Made by a program: the position numbers and the translations under genes
Shown: positions 23,323 to 46,075 of the stretch, piece after piece
Layout: each line of letters begins with the position of its first letter
Position numbering within the stretch: position 1 is the stretch's first letter
The notes under the pieces: model-generated
The model's input: the letters and a program-made list of their open reading frames with translations, nothing else
Databases searched by the model: none
Told to the model about the DNA's origin: nothing
NCBI RefSeq assembly: GCF_009914755.1
Contig: NC_060943.1
Strand: one strand, 5' to 3'
Source: the human T2T-CHM13v2.0 reference genome, Homo sapiens
Length of the DNA stretch: 64,000 nucleotides

Positions 23323-23541
23323 TTAAGTCATAATATCCATCCCAATTGGGATCTCCAAATCTGATGATGACCCACCCAGCTGTTTTCCCAGGAAGTGTTA
23401 ACTAATAAAAATTTCACTTCTGCAGCTGGGCGAGGTGGCTCACACCTGTAAATCTCAGCACTTGGGAGGCAGAGGTGGGAGGATTGCTTGAGCCTAGGAA
23501 TTTGAGATCAGCCTGGGTAACGTCATGAGACTCTGTCTCTA

Positions 23542-24597
<1,056 letters not shown>

Positions 24598-24699
24598 GAT
24601 TCTCTGAGATGAGGCTGGTACTGCCCGGAGCATGGTGGTGCACGGCAGATGACAAGCCCTTCCTGCCTGCTCACTGTTTTATTAACATTATGGTTACCT

Positions 24700-27225
<2,526 letters not shown>

Positions 27226-27774
27226 CTATAATTTTATAGCTATCACTGTACAATAGGTACCTTTACCTTTGGAGTTTGGAATCCCAGGGCAGGGTTGGAG
27301 GAGGAGAGGGGAACACATCCTATTCCCAATGTGGTTCCACTCTTCTCCCTTGAATGCTGTGGTCCTAGGTGAGGACTCTTACCCTTTTATTGCATTGAAT
27401 TTTTTTCTTTTTGAGACAGGGTCTCGCTATGTTGCCTAGGCTGATCTTGAACTCCTAAGCTCAAGCAATCCTTTGGCCTCAGCCTGCTGAGTCCTTTTTA
27501 ATTTTGCAGATATGTGCCAAGTATTTTTCCAGGCAAATATTAACTCATTCAGTTCTCTTGACAATTCTAGGAAGTAGGTCCCATGACTAGCCCCATTTTG
27601 CGTGGAAGATTACTGAGGCACAGAGAGGTTAAGTAGCTGACCTTAGGTCACACAGCTTGTAAGTGGCAGAGCTGGGGTTCAAACCCAGCCTGTCAAGCTC
27701 TAGCCTCCTTGATCTCAGTTCTACCCTCTGATGCCTCTAGTTTCTGTAGTTAGTTTCTAGATGAGATAGGCTAG

Positions 27775-27951
<177 letters not shown>

Positions 27952-29374
27952 TAATTTTTGTACTTTTAGTAGGGACAGGGTTTCACCGTGTTGGCCAGAC
28001 TGATCTCAAACCCCTGACCTCAAGTGAACCACCGTGCTCAGCCTCCCTGTTTTTAGTTCTACTCTCTGATGCCTCTACTTTCTGGATGAGATAGGCTGGA
28101 CTTTCCCTTTTGGACTTTTCTCCTTCATTTCTTCCATCCCTTACCCCTGCTCAGGCCTTACCCTCTACTGCTGGTCCATGGTCCAGCCCCCTCCTTGAGT
28201 TCCTACCTCCAGTTTCATCCCTTCGGTCCGTCTCCCATCCTGGCCCCAGAGGGATTCTTGGATTCAACCACATCCCTGCCCCTGCTTACACACCCTCCAT
28301 GGCTCCCTATTGCCATTCAGAAAAAGGCTGGTGTTCAAGGCCCTTTTGGCTCCAACCTCCATCCTCCTCACTTGTTCCACCATCCCTCCCTAGCTCCATA
28401 GAATCACTTCCCACTCCTGTAACAAGGCTCCCACCTCCAAGGCCTTTCCCAAAACTGTACTCTCTGTCCAGGTATCCTTCTCTGCTAGATCAACTTCTGC
28501 TCATTTTTCATGCCCCATCTCCAGTGCCCTTACTCTAGAAAGCCCTCTCTGGGTTTGATGGTTGTCCTAGAGGGAGTGGCCAGGCTCTAGTGCCTGGAGG
28601 AGTTGGCCAGGGTCAGCTCTAAAGCCCAGCCTTGACGTTGTCCTGCCCAGCTCCTGGGCCCACGGGGGCTGGGTGAGGCTGCAATTGAGCCCTGGGTGTG
28701 GACATGATCAAGGCTGAGCCTGACGGGGAAGGAGACACAGGAGCTGGAAAGGAGTCATTTGTTGGTTGAATCATTTGGCAATTGCTGAGCCTTATCACTG
28801 GCTAGGCACTGGGTTAGGCTCCTTTGTAGCTGAGCTCTTCTCTAATTCTCATAGCCTGTGAAGTGGGGATGGATCTGTCCTATTTCATGGATTCACACTT
28901 TTATGGATTTGAGCACAGAGAGGTTAAGTGGCTTGCTCAAAGTCACACAGCCGCTGAGGGTGGGTTTGAACTTGGATTTTTCTGACGTTGAGCCTGAAGC
29001 TTTCCTGCCTCATACAGCAGGTGAGGAAGTGCAGTTTTGTAGCTAGGTGGCCTGGGTTCAGGTACTAGCTTTGCAGATGATGCCAAAGCTTGCCCATATT
29101 CCTCTCAACCCATTTTTGGATGCAGTGGCCTGACGTCCAGCTGCCAGCTCCTGCATTCTAGGGGCTGTCTCTGGTGGCTGGAGCCCACTCTGCAAGTGAA
29201 ATAAAGGCTGGGCACAGTGGCTCACACCTGCAATCCCAGCACGTTGGGAGGCCAAGGCAGGAGAATTGCTTGAGCCCGGGAGTTTGAGACCAGCTTGGGC
29301 AACATAGCAAGACCCAGTTTTTACAAAAAAATTAAAAATTAGCCAGGCTTGGTGGTGCATACCTAGAGTCCCAG

Positions 29375-29720
29375 TGCCTGTCCTGCCACTGTCGCTTCTG
29401 TGAGCTTGGGAATTAACGCCCCCAGGAGTGACCCTCAACCAATGACTGATGGGCATTGGTGTATAAATACCTCAGCTCCCTTGCCCTCAGGTGGAGTGAC
29501 TCTGAGGTGCAATGCGCTACTCTGCCCTCCAAAGCTCCCCAGTGGGACCGAGCCCTGGTTGCCCGTGGTGGTAATTTCCTTGACAACTCATCCTTTACTG
29601 GTGGTCTTCTTCCCCTATCTCATGACCCATGTTTTTGGGGATCATGCCCCAAATAAACTACCTGCCCTAGAACCCTTGTCTCAGGACTTCCTTCTGGGGG
29701 AGCCTCAACCAGAACAGTCA
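29375..29720. mobile_element. LTR16-like ERVL LTR
   Basis: ttggtgtataaatacctcagctccc...ccaaataaactacctgc..aacccttgtctcagg motifs. Confidence 0.65.
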
Positions 29721-30105
29721 CCTACTTAACTTGCAACTTCAGAAAAACCATTCGACCTTGCTGAACAAAATAAAATGAGGAAAATAATAGCAACGGTCTC
29801 ATAGGGTTCTTGTACTGATCAAATATGCCAGTACATGAAAAGTCTCCACCACAGTGACCAACACAGTGCAGGCACCTGTATGTGGTAAAGATAGCAACAG
29901 TAGTAATATCTTATTACTCACATAGCAAGTACTTGATAAATGCCAACCATGATCATTATTGTGTTTATCATTACTATTTTTATTTTTATTTTTTAAGAGA
30001 CAGGGTCTTGCTCTGTCACCCAGGTTGGAGTGCAGTGGGGTGATCATAGCTCACTGCAGCCTTGACATCCCAAGCTCAGGTGGTCCTCCTGCCTCAGCCT
30101 CATGA

Positions 30106-30402
<297 letters not shown>

Positions 30403-30745
30403 TGATCTGCTTGCCTTGGCCTCCTGAAGTGCTGGGATTACAGATGTGAGCCACTACACTTGGCTACTATTTTTAGCTATTGAACATCAGCCATGGGTCA
30501 GGCCCATGCTGGGGCTCTTGCTTTGTTATTTCATGAATCCTTTCTACTGCCCTCAGAGGGAGAGTTGATTCTCCTCCATTTTTTCAGATGAGGAAATGGA
30601 GGCCCAGGGAGGTGCAGCCAACTGCCTGAAATCATAATGTAGCACTATTGGGCTTGTTTTGAGACTACAGGAGGTGGCAGGAGGAAGGCAGTGGGGGAAG
30701 CTGGGGCTGGGTACCTCCTCATTGCTCCTCCCTTACCTCTTGCAG

Positions 30746-30890
30746 TACCTTCCAAATGAGGCGGGCCTTCAAGATGAGAAGAAGGTACTGGACAACATGC
30801 ACCATGTACTCTTGGTATGGATGGGACCTGTCCTGCCGCTGTTGGTTCTGGTGCACCCTGATTACATCAAACCCCTTTTGGGAGCCTCAG
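30746..30890 (+). CDS. CYP4F22: Exon 4
   Basis: ttgcag/TAC...TCAG/gtacgt; [13 protein letters not shown]...[12 protein letters not shown]; 145 nt. Confidence 0.96.
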
Positions 30891-31562
30891 GTACGTGGGC
30901 TGGGCCTCCGATCTATGGTTGAGTCCTCAACTCCCAGAGCCTATCTGAGATTCTAGGCAGGTGGGATATCCAGAGGAAGGGTCATTTGAATAGGGCTTTG
31001 AAGGATGAATAAGAGTTTGGCAAAGCAAGCATGGCAATCCAGATTGTGAGAACAGTATGGGCAAAGATGTGGCAATGACTAAGAGTTCCAGAAACTTCGA
31101 GGGAATGTCCATCCATCTGGCAGTCAGAGCCAGGCACGTTTGGATAGGCAGTTGTTCCTTATGGTTTTGTTAAGTAAGTGTTACTCAATCCCTGGCCGTG
31201 GCACGCCCATCATTTGGTTCTGACATTCCCATTATGGCCAGGACTCTTGGTGACTCAGCCTGCAGCCTGCTGTCATCACTTGGGCTGACTCTGACTGGCA
31301 GGGAGGGAGATGTGGAAGAATTCCTTCTTCCTCGTGCAGTCCACACCTATCCCAAGATGTGAGACTTCCAAGTCTGCTTGGCAAGCTCTTGCTCAGCCTT
31401 CAACACCCAGCTCCAATGGCTGCCTCCTCCAGGAATCTTTCCCTGGCTTCCCAGACAGACCTATTCTCAGTCCTAACCCTTTGGACCTGGGTATGTCTGT
31501 GTCCAGCTCTATCTTCCTCATGAGCGGGACTCTGGATCCTCAGTGTGGCCTTGTGTACCTGG

Positions 31563-31926
31563 TGTATTAGTCAGTTCTCACGCTGCTATGAAGGACTACC
31601 CTAGACTGGGTAATTTATAAAGGAAAGAGGTTTAATTGACTCACAGTTCCGCAGGGCTGGGGAGGCCTCAGAAAACTTACAATCATGGCGGAAGGGGAAG
31701 CAAACACGTCCTTCTTCACATGGCAGCAGGAAGGAGAAGTGCCAAGTAAAAGGGGGAAATTCGTTAAATCTCGTGAGAACTCATTCACTATCATGGGAAC
31801 AGCAACATGGGGGTAACCGCCCCCATGATTCAATTACCCCCCACCGGATCCCTCGCATGACACATAGGGATTATCGGAATTATAATTCAAAATGAAATTT
31901 AGATGGGACACAGCCAAACCATATTA
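31563..31926. mobile_element. THE1/MST-type MaLR solo LTR
   Basis: Typical tgtattagtc...ttctcacgctgctatgaag...gactgggtaatttataaaggaaagaggtttaattgactcacagttc sequence; 5-bp TSD CCTGG on both sides. Confidence 0.88.
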
Positions 31927-32212
31927 CCTGGGCACCTCCAGAGGTATCGGGACATCTGAGAGAACTCACTCTCAAATGAACCAATGAGCTCCAGTAGGTC
32001 AGGCATGGTGGTTCACATCTGTAATCCCAACACTTTGGGAAGCTGAGGCAGGAGGGTTGCTTGAGGCCAGGAGTTTGAGACTAGCCTGGGCAACACAGCA
32101 AGACCCTGTCTCTCGAAAAAAATAAATAATTACCCAGTGGCAGTGATGTGCACCTGTAGTCTCGGCTACTTGGGTGGCTGAGATGGGAGGATCACTTGAG
32201 CTCAGGAGTTTA

Positions 32213-32419
<207 letters not shown>

Positions 32420-32979
32420 TTAAAAAAAAAAAAAAAAAGTGGGAGATTCCAGGAATTTTAGGATCTCTGTCCCAGCTTTGCCTCTACAAACACGCATCTG
32501 GGGACCATCTCCAGGGCTGCCACCCAGGAGCTGTGAAAGAAGCTGCCATCTTCCCCTTCCACAGCTATTCCCTCTCAATGCCTTGTTGTCTCCCGTTATT
32601 ACATTTGTGAAGGGATGACGATCCCTGTTGAACTAAGGGGAAAACCTAGACCTTGGGAGGGAGAATTGACTCTTCTGAGGGATGAATACCAACTTGTGGG
32701 AAGAGCCCTGGGCCAGGACTGAGGTGGGTTGGCTTCAAATTCTGGCCTTGGCACATGCTTGCTGTGAGACCCCAGCCATTTATCTAGCCTCTCTGGATCT
32801 CAGGTTTTGATCTGTAAAATGGGTGCAGTTGTGAAGCCTGAATAATATAATGTGGATAAGAGGCCACGTGCAGTGACTCATGCCTGCAGTCTCAGCACTT
32901 TGGGAGGCCACGGCAGGAGGATCACTTGAGCCCAGGAGTTCAAGACCAGCCTGGGCAACAGAGCAAGACTCTATCTTTA

Positions 32980-33639
<660 letters not shown>

Positions 33640-34284
33640 TGAACTCCTGACCTTAAGTGATTCTCCTGCCTTGGCCTCTCAAAGTGCTGGGATTACAGGC
33701 GTGAGCTACAGCGCCTGGTCTCTCTTTTTTCTCCTTCCTCCTCCCTTCTCCTCCCCCTCAGAGCATCAGTTTCCTGAGCACCATCCTGCCTGGTTCTGAG
33801 ACTCCAAACAGACCGAGAAGTAGTGCCCCAGCAGGGGCTGTCATGTAGTAGATGCTTAAGCCTCTTGCCCTCCCCTCATCCAGTGGAGGGAGGGGATATT
33901 CTGTGTACCCCATCAGAGAAGCCAGATAGGGAACTCCAGGATGGAAAAAAGGGTGGTGCTGTGAGTCAGCCTGGAGTGAGGCCTCTTGGCCCCAGGGTGC
34001 CCCCACCTGGAATTACACAGATCAGGCTCCAGTCACAGACACCACCCTGGATCAGGACCTCCTGGGGCCACACCTGGGAGTGGCTTGCTGTTCTGAGCTT
34101 GGAGCTGCACAGCCCTTGAGCCTGGAGGAGGGCCCAGCTCCTGTTGGAGCTTCAGTTTCCCCATCATCTTATGGGCCTTTGGACTAGGAAATTTTAATGA
34201 GAGAAAGTAGATAAACATGCTTTATAGAGAACATGATGATATATAGACATATAATTGTAGCTTGCTTTTATATCATCTTTTTAA

Positions 34285-35090
34285 AATGGAGGTGAAATTC
34301 ATGTAACATATAATTAACCATTTACAAGTGAACAATCAGTGGTATTTAGTGTATTCACCATGTTGGGCAACCACCAGCATTTTCCAGTTTCAAAATTTTT
34401 AGTCACCTCATAAAAAAACTCTGTACCCATTGAGTAATCACTTCCCATTTCCCTCCTCCTCCCATCCGCTGGTAACCTCGAATCTGCTTTCTGTCTCTAT
34501 GTATTTGCCTATTCTGGGTACATCATAGAAAGAGAACCACATAAAATGTGATCTTTTTGTGTCTGTTTTCTTTTACTCAGCATAATGTTTTTGAAGTTCA
34601 TTCACGTTGTAGTAGGAATCAGTTTCATTCTTTTTTTTTTTTTTTTTTTTTTGAGACAGGGTCTTACCCTGTCACCCAGAGGCTGGAGTGCAGTGGTGTA
34701 GCCATAACTCATTACAGCCTTGAAATCCTGGGCTCGAGTGATTCTCCTCCTGCCTCAGCCTCCCGAGTAGCTGGAACTGCAGGCACGCACCACCATGCCC
34801 AGCTAATTTTTATTTTTATTTTTGTAGAGATGGGGTCTTGCTATGTTGTCCAGGTTGGTCATTAGGGCTGAATTCATTTCACTGTATGGATTTTTTTTTG
34901 TTTACCCATTCACCTTTTGGATGTTGTGAATCATGCTACTATGAACATATGTGTTCAAGTTTTGGGGTGGACATATGTTTTCATTTCTCTCTTGGGTAGA
35001 TACCTAGGAGTAGAATTGCCAAGTCATATGGAATTCTGTACTTAACTTTTTAAGGAGCCACCTTGCTGTTTTCCACAGAGGGTGTGCATT
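34285..35090 (-). mobile_element. Old L1M fragment interrupted by an Alu
   Basis: Same L1M 3' motifs (gaggtgaaattcatgtaacata...; tacctaggagtagaattgcc). Confidence 0.7.
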
Positions 35091-36586
35091 AATTTTCTAC
35101 TAACAGGAAACACAACTATTTATCTCACAAGTTCTTGATGCCAATAAATAATCATTTTAACCATAGTAATAAAAATAGCCAACAGTTGGTCAATTATTCA
35201 TTTACCTACGCACGTATTTAATGAGCATCTACCATGTGCCAGGAACACAAGAGCTTGTTGAGTCTTATAGGGATGCCATGAGGCAAGATTGTTCTATTTT
35301 CTCCTTTGGCAGTGGTAACATGTCCAGGCTTACATATCTAGTTAGTGGCAGGGCTGGGATTTGAACTCAGACCTGGCTGGCCCAGAACCCAAGCTCTCAA
35401 ACATAGTGATATGCAGCTTTCTGAGCATGAGTTTCTCCATGCTGGCACCATGTGGGGGTATTTCGTACACCGTCTCATCCATGGTAGGCATTACCATCTC
35501 TCCCTCTTTTTTTTTTTCTTTTTAAAAAACATTTTTGTAGAGACAGAGTCTTGCTGTGTTGCCCAGGCTGGTCTTGAACTTCTGGGCTCAAGTGATCCTC
35601 CTGCCTCTGCCTCCCAAAGTGCTAGGACTGCAGGTGTGAATCACTGCACCTGGCCTACCATCTCCTTTTTGCTGGAGGGGAAAACTGGTGAGGAACGTGG
35701 ACACAGACTTTCCTGGCATTGTGGTCAGAGTTGGAGTGGAAAAGGAACCTGAGGATGAGAGAACAATGGTTCAGCTGAGAAGGGGGTTTGGAGAAGGCTT
35801 CCTGGAGTAGGTGTCAGTGAAGCTGGGCCCCGAAGGATGCCTAGGAGTTTGCCAGAGAAGGAGTCCCAGATGGAAGGTCCTGCCAGTGCCTTGATGCAGA
35901 TGTGTGAAAATTCCAGGGGAATTCAGGTGATTTAGGGTGGCTGGAGTGAAGGTGATATGTTGGGGGGAATAGGAAATGAGACTGACAGTTAAGCAGGAAC
36001 TGGACAGCAAAGTGAATGAACTTGTACTTTATCCTGGGAGTGATAGGGAGCCACGGGAAGTATTTGAACAAGACAGCTATTGACCAGATCCTGGTGTCAG
36101 AAAGATCCCTGTGGAGCCTATCTTGGAGTCCAGAGTGCAGAGAGGAGAGGAGTGACTAGACTCCTGCTTTCCTCTTCAATGCTGCCTCCTCCAGGAAGCC
36201 TGCCCTGACTTCCAACAGCCCTTTTTCTGAGCCTTCCTTAGCACCTAGCACACTTTCTACCTTCTTGGTAATTGCATGGTGTGTCTCTGCTTCCCTTTCC
36301 TGCCCCACTCAGGAGCTCCTCCAGGGAGGGCATAGAGCTGAGCCATCTGTGGGTCCCCAGCATCACCCAGCTTGGGTTGGGCACAGAAAGGCAGCATAAG
36401 AGGTGTGATGAATGGGGGGATGAGTGGGCGGATGATTGTGTAGGCAATTGGCCAATTCCTAGGGATTGTGTCTGTGTAGGTGGCTGAGTCGCATTCAGGT
36501 AAAAGTGATATCACTCGAATTTCAGATACTTCCTTCCTGGGCCTCTGCCCATTCAGCCCCAAATCTGTTCAGTATATAGAAGGAGG

Positions 36587-36835
36587 ATCCATCCATTCAT
36601 CCATCCACTCATTCATTCATTCATCCATCCACCTTCCACCTATCCACTCATTCATCCATCCATCCACTCATCCATCCATCCACCATCCACCCATCCATCC
36701 ATTCATCCACCCATCCATCCACCCACCCACCATCTATCCATCTGCTATTCATCCATCCACTTATTTATCCATCCATGTACTCATCTGTCCCTCTACTCAT
36801 CCATCCACCCATTTATTCTTTCATTCATCCATCCT
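36587..36835. repeat. Degenerate (ATCC)n simple repeat
   Basis: Direct reading. Confidence 0.93.
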
Positions 36836-36959
36836 TGGATTGACTTATTTATTCATTTAATAAAAATTTATCTAGCACAACATATCAGTAATCAACACGA
36901 ACCCTCCTGTTAAGGGGCTTGTAACTAAGTGGATACAATCCAGAGTGACTGCTGGGTCA

Positions 36960-37332
<373 letters not shown>

Positions 37333-38021
37333 TCACCACACACCCCAGCCTGGGTGACAGAGTGAGACCCCATCTCAAAAAAACAAAAAACAAAAAGTTA
37401 TGTGGTGTTAGTTCTGTGACGTCGAATAGCGGGTGGAAGACAGAGGTGTCTTGAGAGAGATTTGGACAAAGGCAAATGATTCAGGGCTTTGAAAATGGGC
37501 TGGTATGTGAGGGTGATGGGTGTGTGAGCAGGAAGGGGCGTGGTCAGATCTGATAGTCAGATGAGATTCTCCTGGGGCCATTCATGAGGGACACACTGGA
37601 GAGGGTGAGGCTGGAGGCTGGGAGCACAGGAGGTGTGATTCAGATGGCCTGAGCTGGCAGAAAATAAGGGGGTGGATTAGGGGAAGACTCAGGTGAAGAA
37701 GTCCATTCTGGATAGACAGCTCAACCTGGTCAAAGGTTCAGAGGTGATCCACAGCAGGCGATGAGAATAGGGTTATCTGGTGTATGTTGAAGGATGAGGT
37801 GGTGGGAGAGGCATACAGGGGCCAGATGGAATTGGGTTTCAATGCCAGGCTGAGCCTGAACTTTTTACAAGTGCAATGGGGAGCCATGGGAGGTGTCTGA
37901 GCAGGGGAGGCTCATGTTCAGATCAGTGTTTTATAAGGATTTTTTCTCGGGTAGGTGTGGAGGACGGACTGGGTGAATACAGTGGGAGGTTGGAGCCCAG
38001 TGAGGAGGACTAAGGAAGTCA

Positions 38022-38372
<351 letters not shown>

Positions 38373-38399
38373 TCATCATTTTCCCTTTGCCCTCCACAG

Positions 38400-38453
38400 C
38401 TGCCATCGCCCCCAAGGATGACCTCTTCTATGGCTTCCTAAAACCTTGGCTAG
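38400..38453 (+). CDS. CYP4F22: Exon 5
   Basis: ccacag/C...CTAG/gtgagt; [17 protein letters not shown]; 54 nt. Confidence 0.96.
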
Positions 38454-38573
38454 GTGAGTGCCCAGTGGGTAGGCTGGGGCTGGGGCTTTAGAGAAGAGAG
38501 GGAAGAGCATGGGGTTCCTTGGAAGGTTTCAGAGTAACAGGAGAGGTCCCTAACCTCAGTCTTCTGGGCCCAG

Positions 38574-38701
38574 GGGATGGGCTGCTGCTCAGCAAAGGTG
38601 ACAAGTGGAGCCGGCACCGTCGCCTGCTGACACCCGCCTTCCACTTTGACATCCTGAAGCCTTACATGAAGATCTTCAACCAGAGCGCTGACATTATGCA
38701 T
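38574..38701 (+). CDS. CYP4F22: Exon 6
   Basis: cccag/GG...CAT/gtgagt; [28 protein letters not shown] (WxxxR motif); 128 nt. Confidence 0.97.
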
Positions 38702-38856
38702 GTGAGTCCTAAGGCTTTGAGGGAAGAGGGTGTCTTGGGAGTGAGGCTGGTCCAGGCTCCAACTCATGCATGGGCAAGCCATGTGATGTCAGGAGCCCTC
38801 ACTGACTTTATCTATAAAATGAGCTTGTAGTGAAAACGCAGTCGGGTCCTTGTTAG

Positions 38857-39033
<177 letters not shown>

Positions 39034-40059
39034 TGAGTGTGACCCTTCTTGGGAAGATGGAGCCAGCTGCTCTAGGAGCAAGATGGTGGCAGGAGAAAGG
39101 GAACTCCCAGGCATTAGACAACTCTGGCCTATGGGAGCTCTGCCACGGATGGGCCATGTGCTTCCGGGAAACTGACCATCTCTCTGAGCTTCACTTTTTT
39201 TTTTAATCAAAAAAATGGGCATCATAATTCCTTCCCCATAGTCATTGTGTGAGAATTAAATGAGATAATGTGAATCAATGGCTTGGTATAAAGTAGGTGC
39301 TTAGTAAATGTTAGTATTTTTTCATTCCACTAGGAAGAGTATGTGGTCTTTGGACAGTGTCCTCCCCACTTTCTGAGGCTCAGTTTCCTTGTTTGTAAAA
39401 AAAGGATGACAATCTCTTACTTTCTGAGAGATGCTTTAAGGATAAAATGATGCAGCACTGCCCTGGCACATAGTTGATGCTCAGAGAATATTTGTTGAGT
39501 AAATGAATCAAATAACCAATACCTTGCTTCATTAATTCATTCATTCATCAAATATTCATTGTGCACCTACTACGTGCCTGGCACCATGATATTGCTGCTG
39601 AGAACAGGGTGGTGAACAACAGACAGTCACAGTTCTGTGAAGTTTATAGTCTAAGTGGGGACATAAGGAATAAGGGAGATAATTAATGCAAAACTTGCAA
39701 CACATAGTAGGTCCTCAGTAACAAGCTAATGACTTCATTACTCTAGGCATTATAGGGGCACGTTCCAGTTGGATAAGGCAGAGATTGTCTTAGAAATTAA
39801 ATAATTAATTCATCCAAGAAATATTTACTGAGTGCCTAGTAAGTGCCAACCCTGAACTAGGTGCTGGGAACACCATATTCAACAAGAAAGACAAGATGTT
39901 GCTTTTCTAGAGCTTCCATTTTAGTAGGAAGACAGGTAATAACCATGAACAAGTAAACAAACAAGAAAACGACAGACTGCAATAAGTGCATGAAAACAAG
40001 CCCACTTCAGGACTGAGGACAGCTCCCTTCAAGCCTGCTTCACCTGTTAGTTTTTAAAA

Positions 40060-41100
40060 AATAATGGCTTTGTTGAGACACAATTCACATACTATACCAT
40101 TTACTCATTTAAAGAATACACCTGAACTGCTTTTAGTATATTCAGAGTTGTGCAACCATTACTATAATCAATTTTAGAATATTTTCATCAATCCTCCCCC
40201 ACCCCAAGAAACTTCATACACTTTAGCAACCCGTGCACTTCCCTTTCTCCTTCAAGTCTAGGCAATCACTAATCTATTTTCTATCTCTATAGATTTGCCT
40301 GTTATGGATATTTCACACGGATGGAATCATACAGACTTTTGTGTCTGGCTTGTTTCACCCAGCATAATGTTTTAAAGGCTCATCCATATTGTAGCATGTA
40401 TCAGTTATGTATTTCTTTTCATTGATGAATAATGTTCCATTTACCACATAATACCACATTTTGTTTATCCAGTCACCCATCGATGGACATTGTTTCCACT
40501 TTTCGACCTTTATGAATAATGCTGCTATTAACATTCATGCACAAAGTTTTGTGTGAACATACATTTTTAATTCTTTTGGCTATATACCTAGGAGCAGAAT
40601 TGCTGGGTCATATGGTAATTCCATTTTAAACATTTTGAGGAACTGCTAAACTTTATTTCAGTGGGTTTCAACATGGTATGAAGTGGTTGTACCATTTTGC
40701 TCTCCCAACCAGTGATGTATGAGAGCTCCAGTTTTTCCACATACTCACTAACACTTGCTTTTTTTTGTTGTTGTTGTTTTGTTTGCTTTTTAGAGATAGG
40801 ATATTGCTCTGTTGCTCAGGCTGGAGTGCAGCCCAACACTTGTTATTATAAGTTTTGATTTTAGTCACCTTAGTGGGGTGAAGTAGTATCTCATTGTGGT
40901 TTTGATTTGCATTTCTCTGGTGACCAGTGCTGTTAAGTATCTTTTCACATTCTCATTGGAAATTTCTGTCTTCTTTGGAGAAATGCCTATTCATATCCAT
41001 TGCCCATTTTAAAATAAGTTTTAAGAATTCTTTATTTATTTTAGGTACCAATCCCTTATCAGATAGACAATTTGCAAATATTTTCTCCCATGCTGAGGAG
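40060..41100 (-). mobile_element. Old L1M fragment (antisense)
   Basis: Typical L1M 3' region (atatacctaggagcagaattgctgggtcatatggtaattc; tatctcattgtggttttgatttgcatttctct). Confidence 0.8.
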
Positions 41101-41423
41101 TGTAACCATTTAGTTTTAGTGATGCTACAATGACTATGCCTATGTTGAAAGTCTTTATCCCTCTTTGGGCCTGTTCAAAAATATACCCGAGACTGGGTGT
41201 GGTGGCTCAGACCTGTAACCCAGCACTTTGGGAGGCCAAGGCTGGAGGATCACTTGAGCTCACGAGTTCAAGGCTGCAGTGAGCTATGATTGTGCCACTG
41301 TACTGCAGCCTAGGTGACAGAGCAAGACCCTATCTAAAAAAATAAATAAATGAATTTAAAAATAGAGTTAATATAGGGCTTCTCTTTGTTATCTATTCAA
41401 TGGGGACAGGAGGCTTATCTTAG

Positions 41424-41816
<393 letters not shown>

Positions 41817-41844
41817 TAAAATGATAAGTGTTAAAACTCCATTA

Positions 41845-42144
<300 letters not shown>

Positions 42145-42204
42145 TCAAAACAAAAAGAAATTCACATGGGTCTGGGATGGGGTCAGAACATGTAAGACTT
42201 ACTG

Positions 42205-42900
<696 letters not shown>

Positions 42901-43264
42901 TCAAAAAAAAAAAAGAAAAAGAAAAAAAAGAAATACATGACCTTGAAGAGATGAGACACTTCTATGGTCACTCATTGGTGTGTCTGTGGACCTTTTGGGT
43001 TCTGGATTCAAATAGTCCTGGATTCCAGTCCTGGCTCTGTCGCTTAGTGGATGTTTGACCTTAGTCATTGACTCTTCTTCCCAAGCCTCAGTTTCTCCAT
43101 TTATACCATGGTGATCATAAAACCTGATCACAAGGTTGTCAGGCATCCAGTGGGATGCTTGGTGTTGGAGGCTGCTCAAGAAATATGAACTTCCTTCTTC
43201 TCCTCACTGTTGACTTTCTGTCCCTCTTTACATCTTTCTTTTCTTTTTTCTTGTTTTTTAAAAA

Positions 43265-44255
<991 letters not shown>

Positions 44256-44339
44256 TCACTCAGGGTCTTGCTCTGTCACACAGGCTGGGGTGCAGTGATG
44301 CGGTCATGGTTCACTGCAGCCTTGATCTCCTGGGCTTAA

Positions 44340-44576
<237 letters not shown>

Positions 44577-45007
44577 TAGTTCCCCCCACAGCTTGGCTTA
44601 AGAGAGAGAGGGGAGCCAGGCGTGGTAGCTCATGTCTGTAATCCCAGCACTTTGGGAGGATGAGGCAGGTAGATCACTTGAGGCCACGAGTTCGAGACCG
44701 GCCTGGCCAATATGGCAAAATTGCATCTCTACTAAAAATACAAAAATTAGCTTGGAGTGGTGGCATGTGCCTGTAATCCCAGCTATTCAGGAGGCTGAGG
44801 CACGAGAATCACTTGAACCTGACAGTCGGAGGCTGCAGTTAGCCGAGATTGTGCCACCACACTCCAGCCTGGGTGATAGAGCGAGACTCCATCTCAGAAA
44901 AAAAAAAAAAAAAAGATGGGGGCGGGGAGATATCTGAGTTTTGAGGAGCCCCTAGGATGCGGAGGGTGGGATGAAGTGGGCTGAGCACCCTCTACTGCCC
45001 ATTCCAG

Positions 45008-45074
45008 GATGAAGATGGAAAGGAACTGTCAGACGAGGATATCCGAGCCGAAGCAGACACCTTCATGTTTGAGG
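45008..45074 (+). CDS. CYP4F22: Exon 9
   Basis: ttccag/GAT...GAGG/gtgagg; [22 protein letters not shown], including the CYP4-type I-helix Glu; 67 nt. Confidence 0.96.
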
Positions 45075-45186
45075 GTGAGGATGTGGGGTGAGGCTGGAGG
45101 AGGGCAGGAAGGGACATCATTGTCTGTAGACAGCATCTCTGCTTTCTTCAGGCAGCCTCCATTCAGATACCCTCATCTCCCTGCAG

Positions 45187-45316
45187 GTCACGACACAACA
45201 TCCAGTGGGATCTCTTGGATGCTGTTCAATTTGGCAAAGTATCCGGAATACCAGGAGAAATGCCGAGAAGAGATTCAGGAAGTCATGAAAGGCCGGGAGC
45301 TGGAGGAGCTGGAGTG
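45187..45316 (+). CDS. CYP4F22: Exon 10
   Basis: ctgcag/GT...TG/gtgagt; [28 protein letters not shown]; 130 nt. Confidence 0.97.
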
Positions 45317-45802
45317 GTGAGTGTGGGGTCAGGGGAATGGAGGGGGCAGGTTGAGGCCAGAGCCTTGGGTGTAAGCCTCTGCTCTCCCACTTATTGATTG
45401 TGTGACCTCAGACAAGCCACTTTAGCTTCCTGAATTGCAATTTCTTCAGCTACAAAATGGGGGTGGTTATAGTGCCTATGCCCACCTCATAATGCAGAAG
45501 TTCTCAAAGTGTCCTAGTCAGCAATTATTGCAATGGTGCTGCATAATGAACAGCTCCCAAACTTAGTGGTTTACAGCAAGCATTTGTTTCTTGCTTTTGT
45601 ATGCACACATTTCTTGCTCTTGTCTGCTCATTACTCTAATTGCTGTTGGACTTGGCTGAGTGGAGTGGAGTTGCTTCAAAACTAAGAGCTGGGTTCAGAT
45701 CTGCTTCATATACTCCCTTTCTGTTCTCTTTGGACCAGAGGCTACCCTGGGTCGTATTCTTCTCAAGGCAGATTCCAGAAGCACAAAAAGCCATGAAATT
45801 TA

Positions 45803-46075
<273 letters not shown>
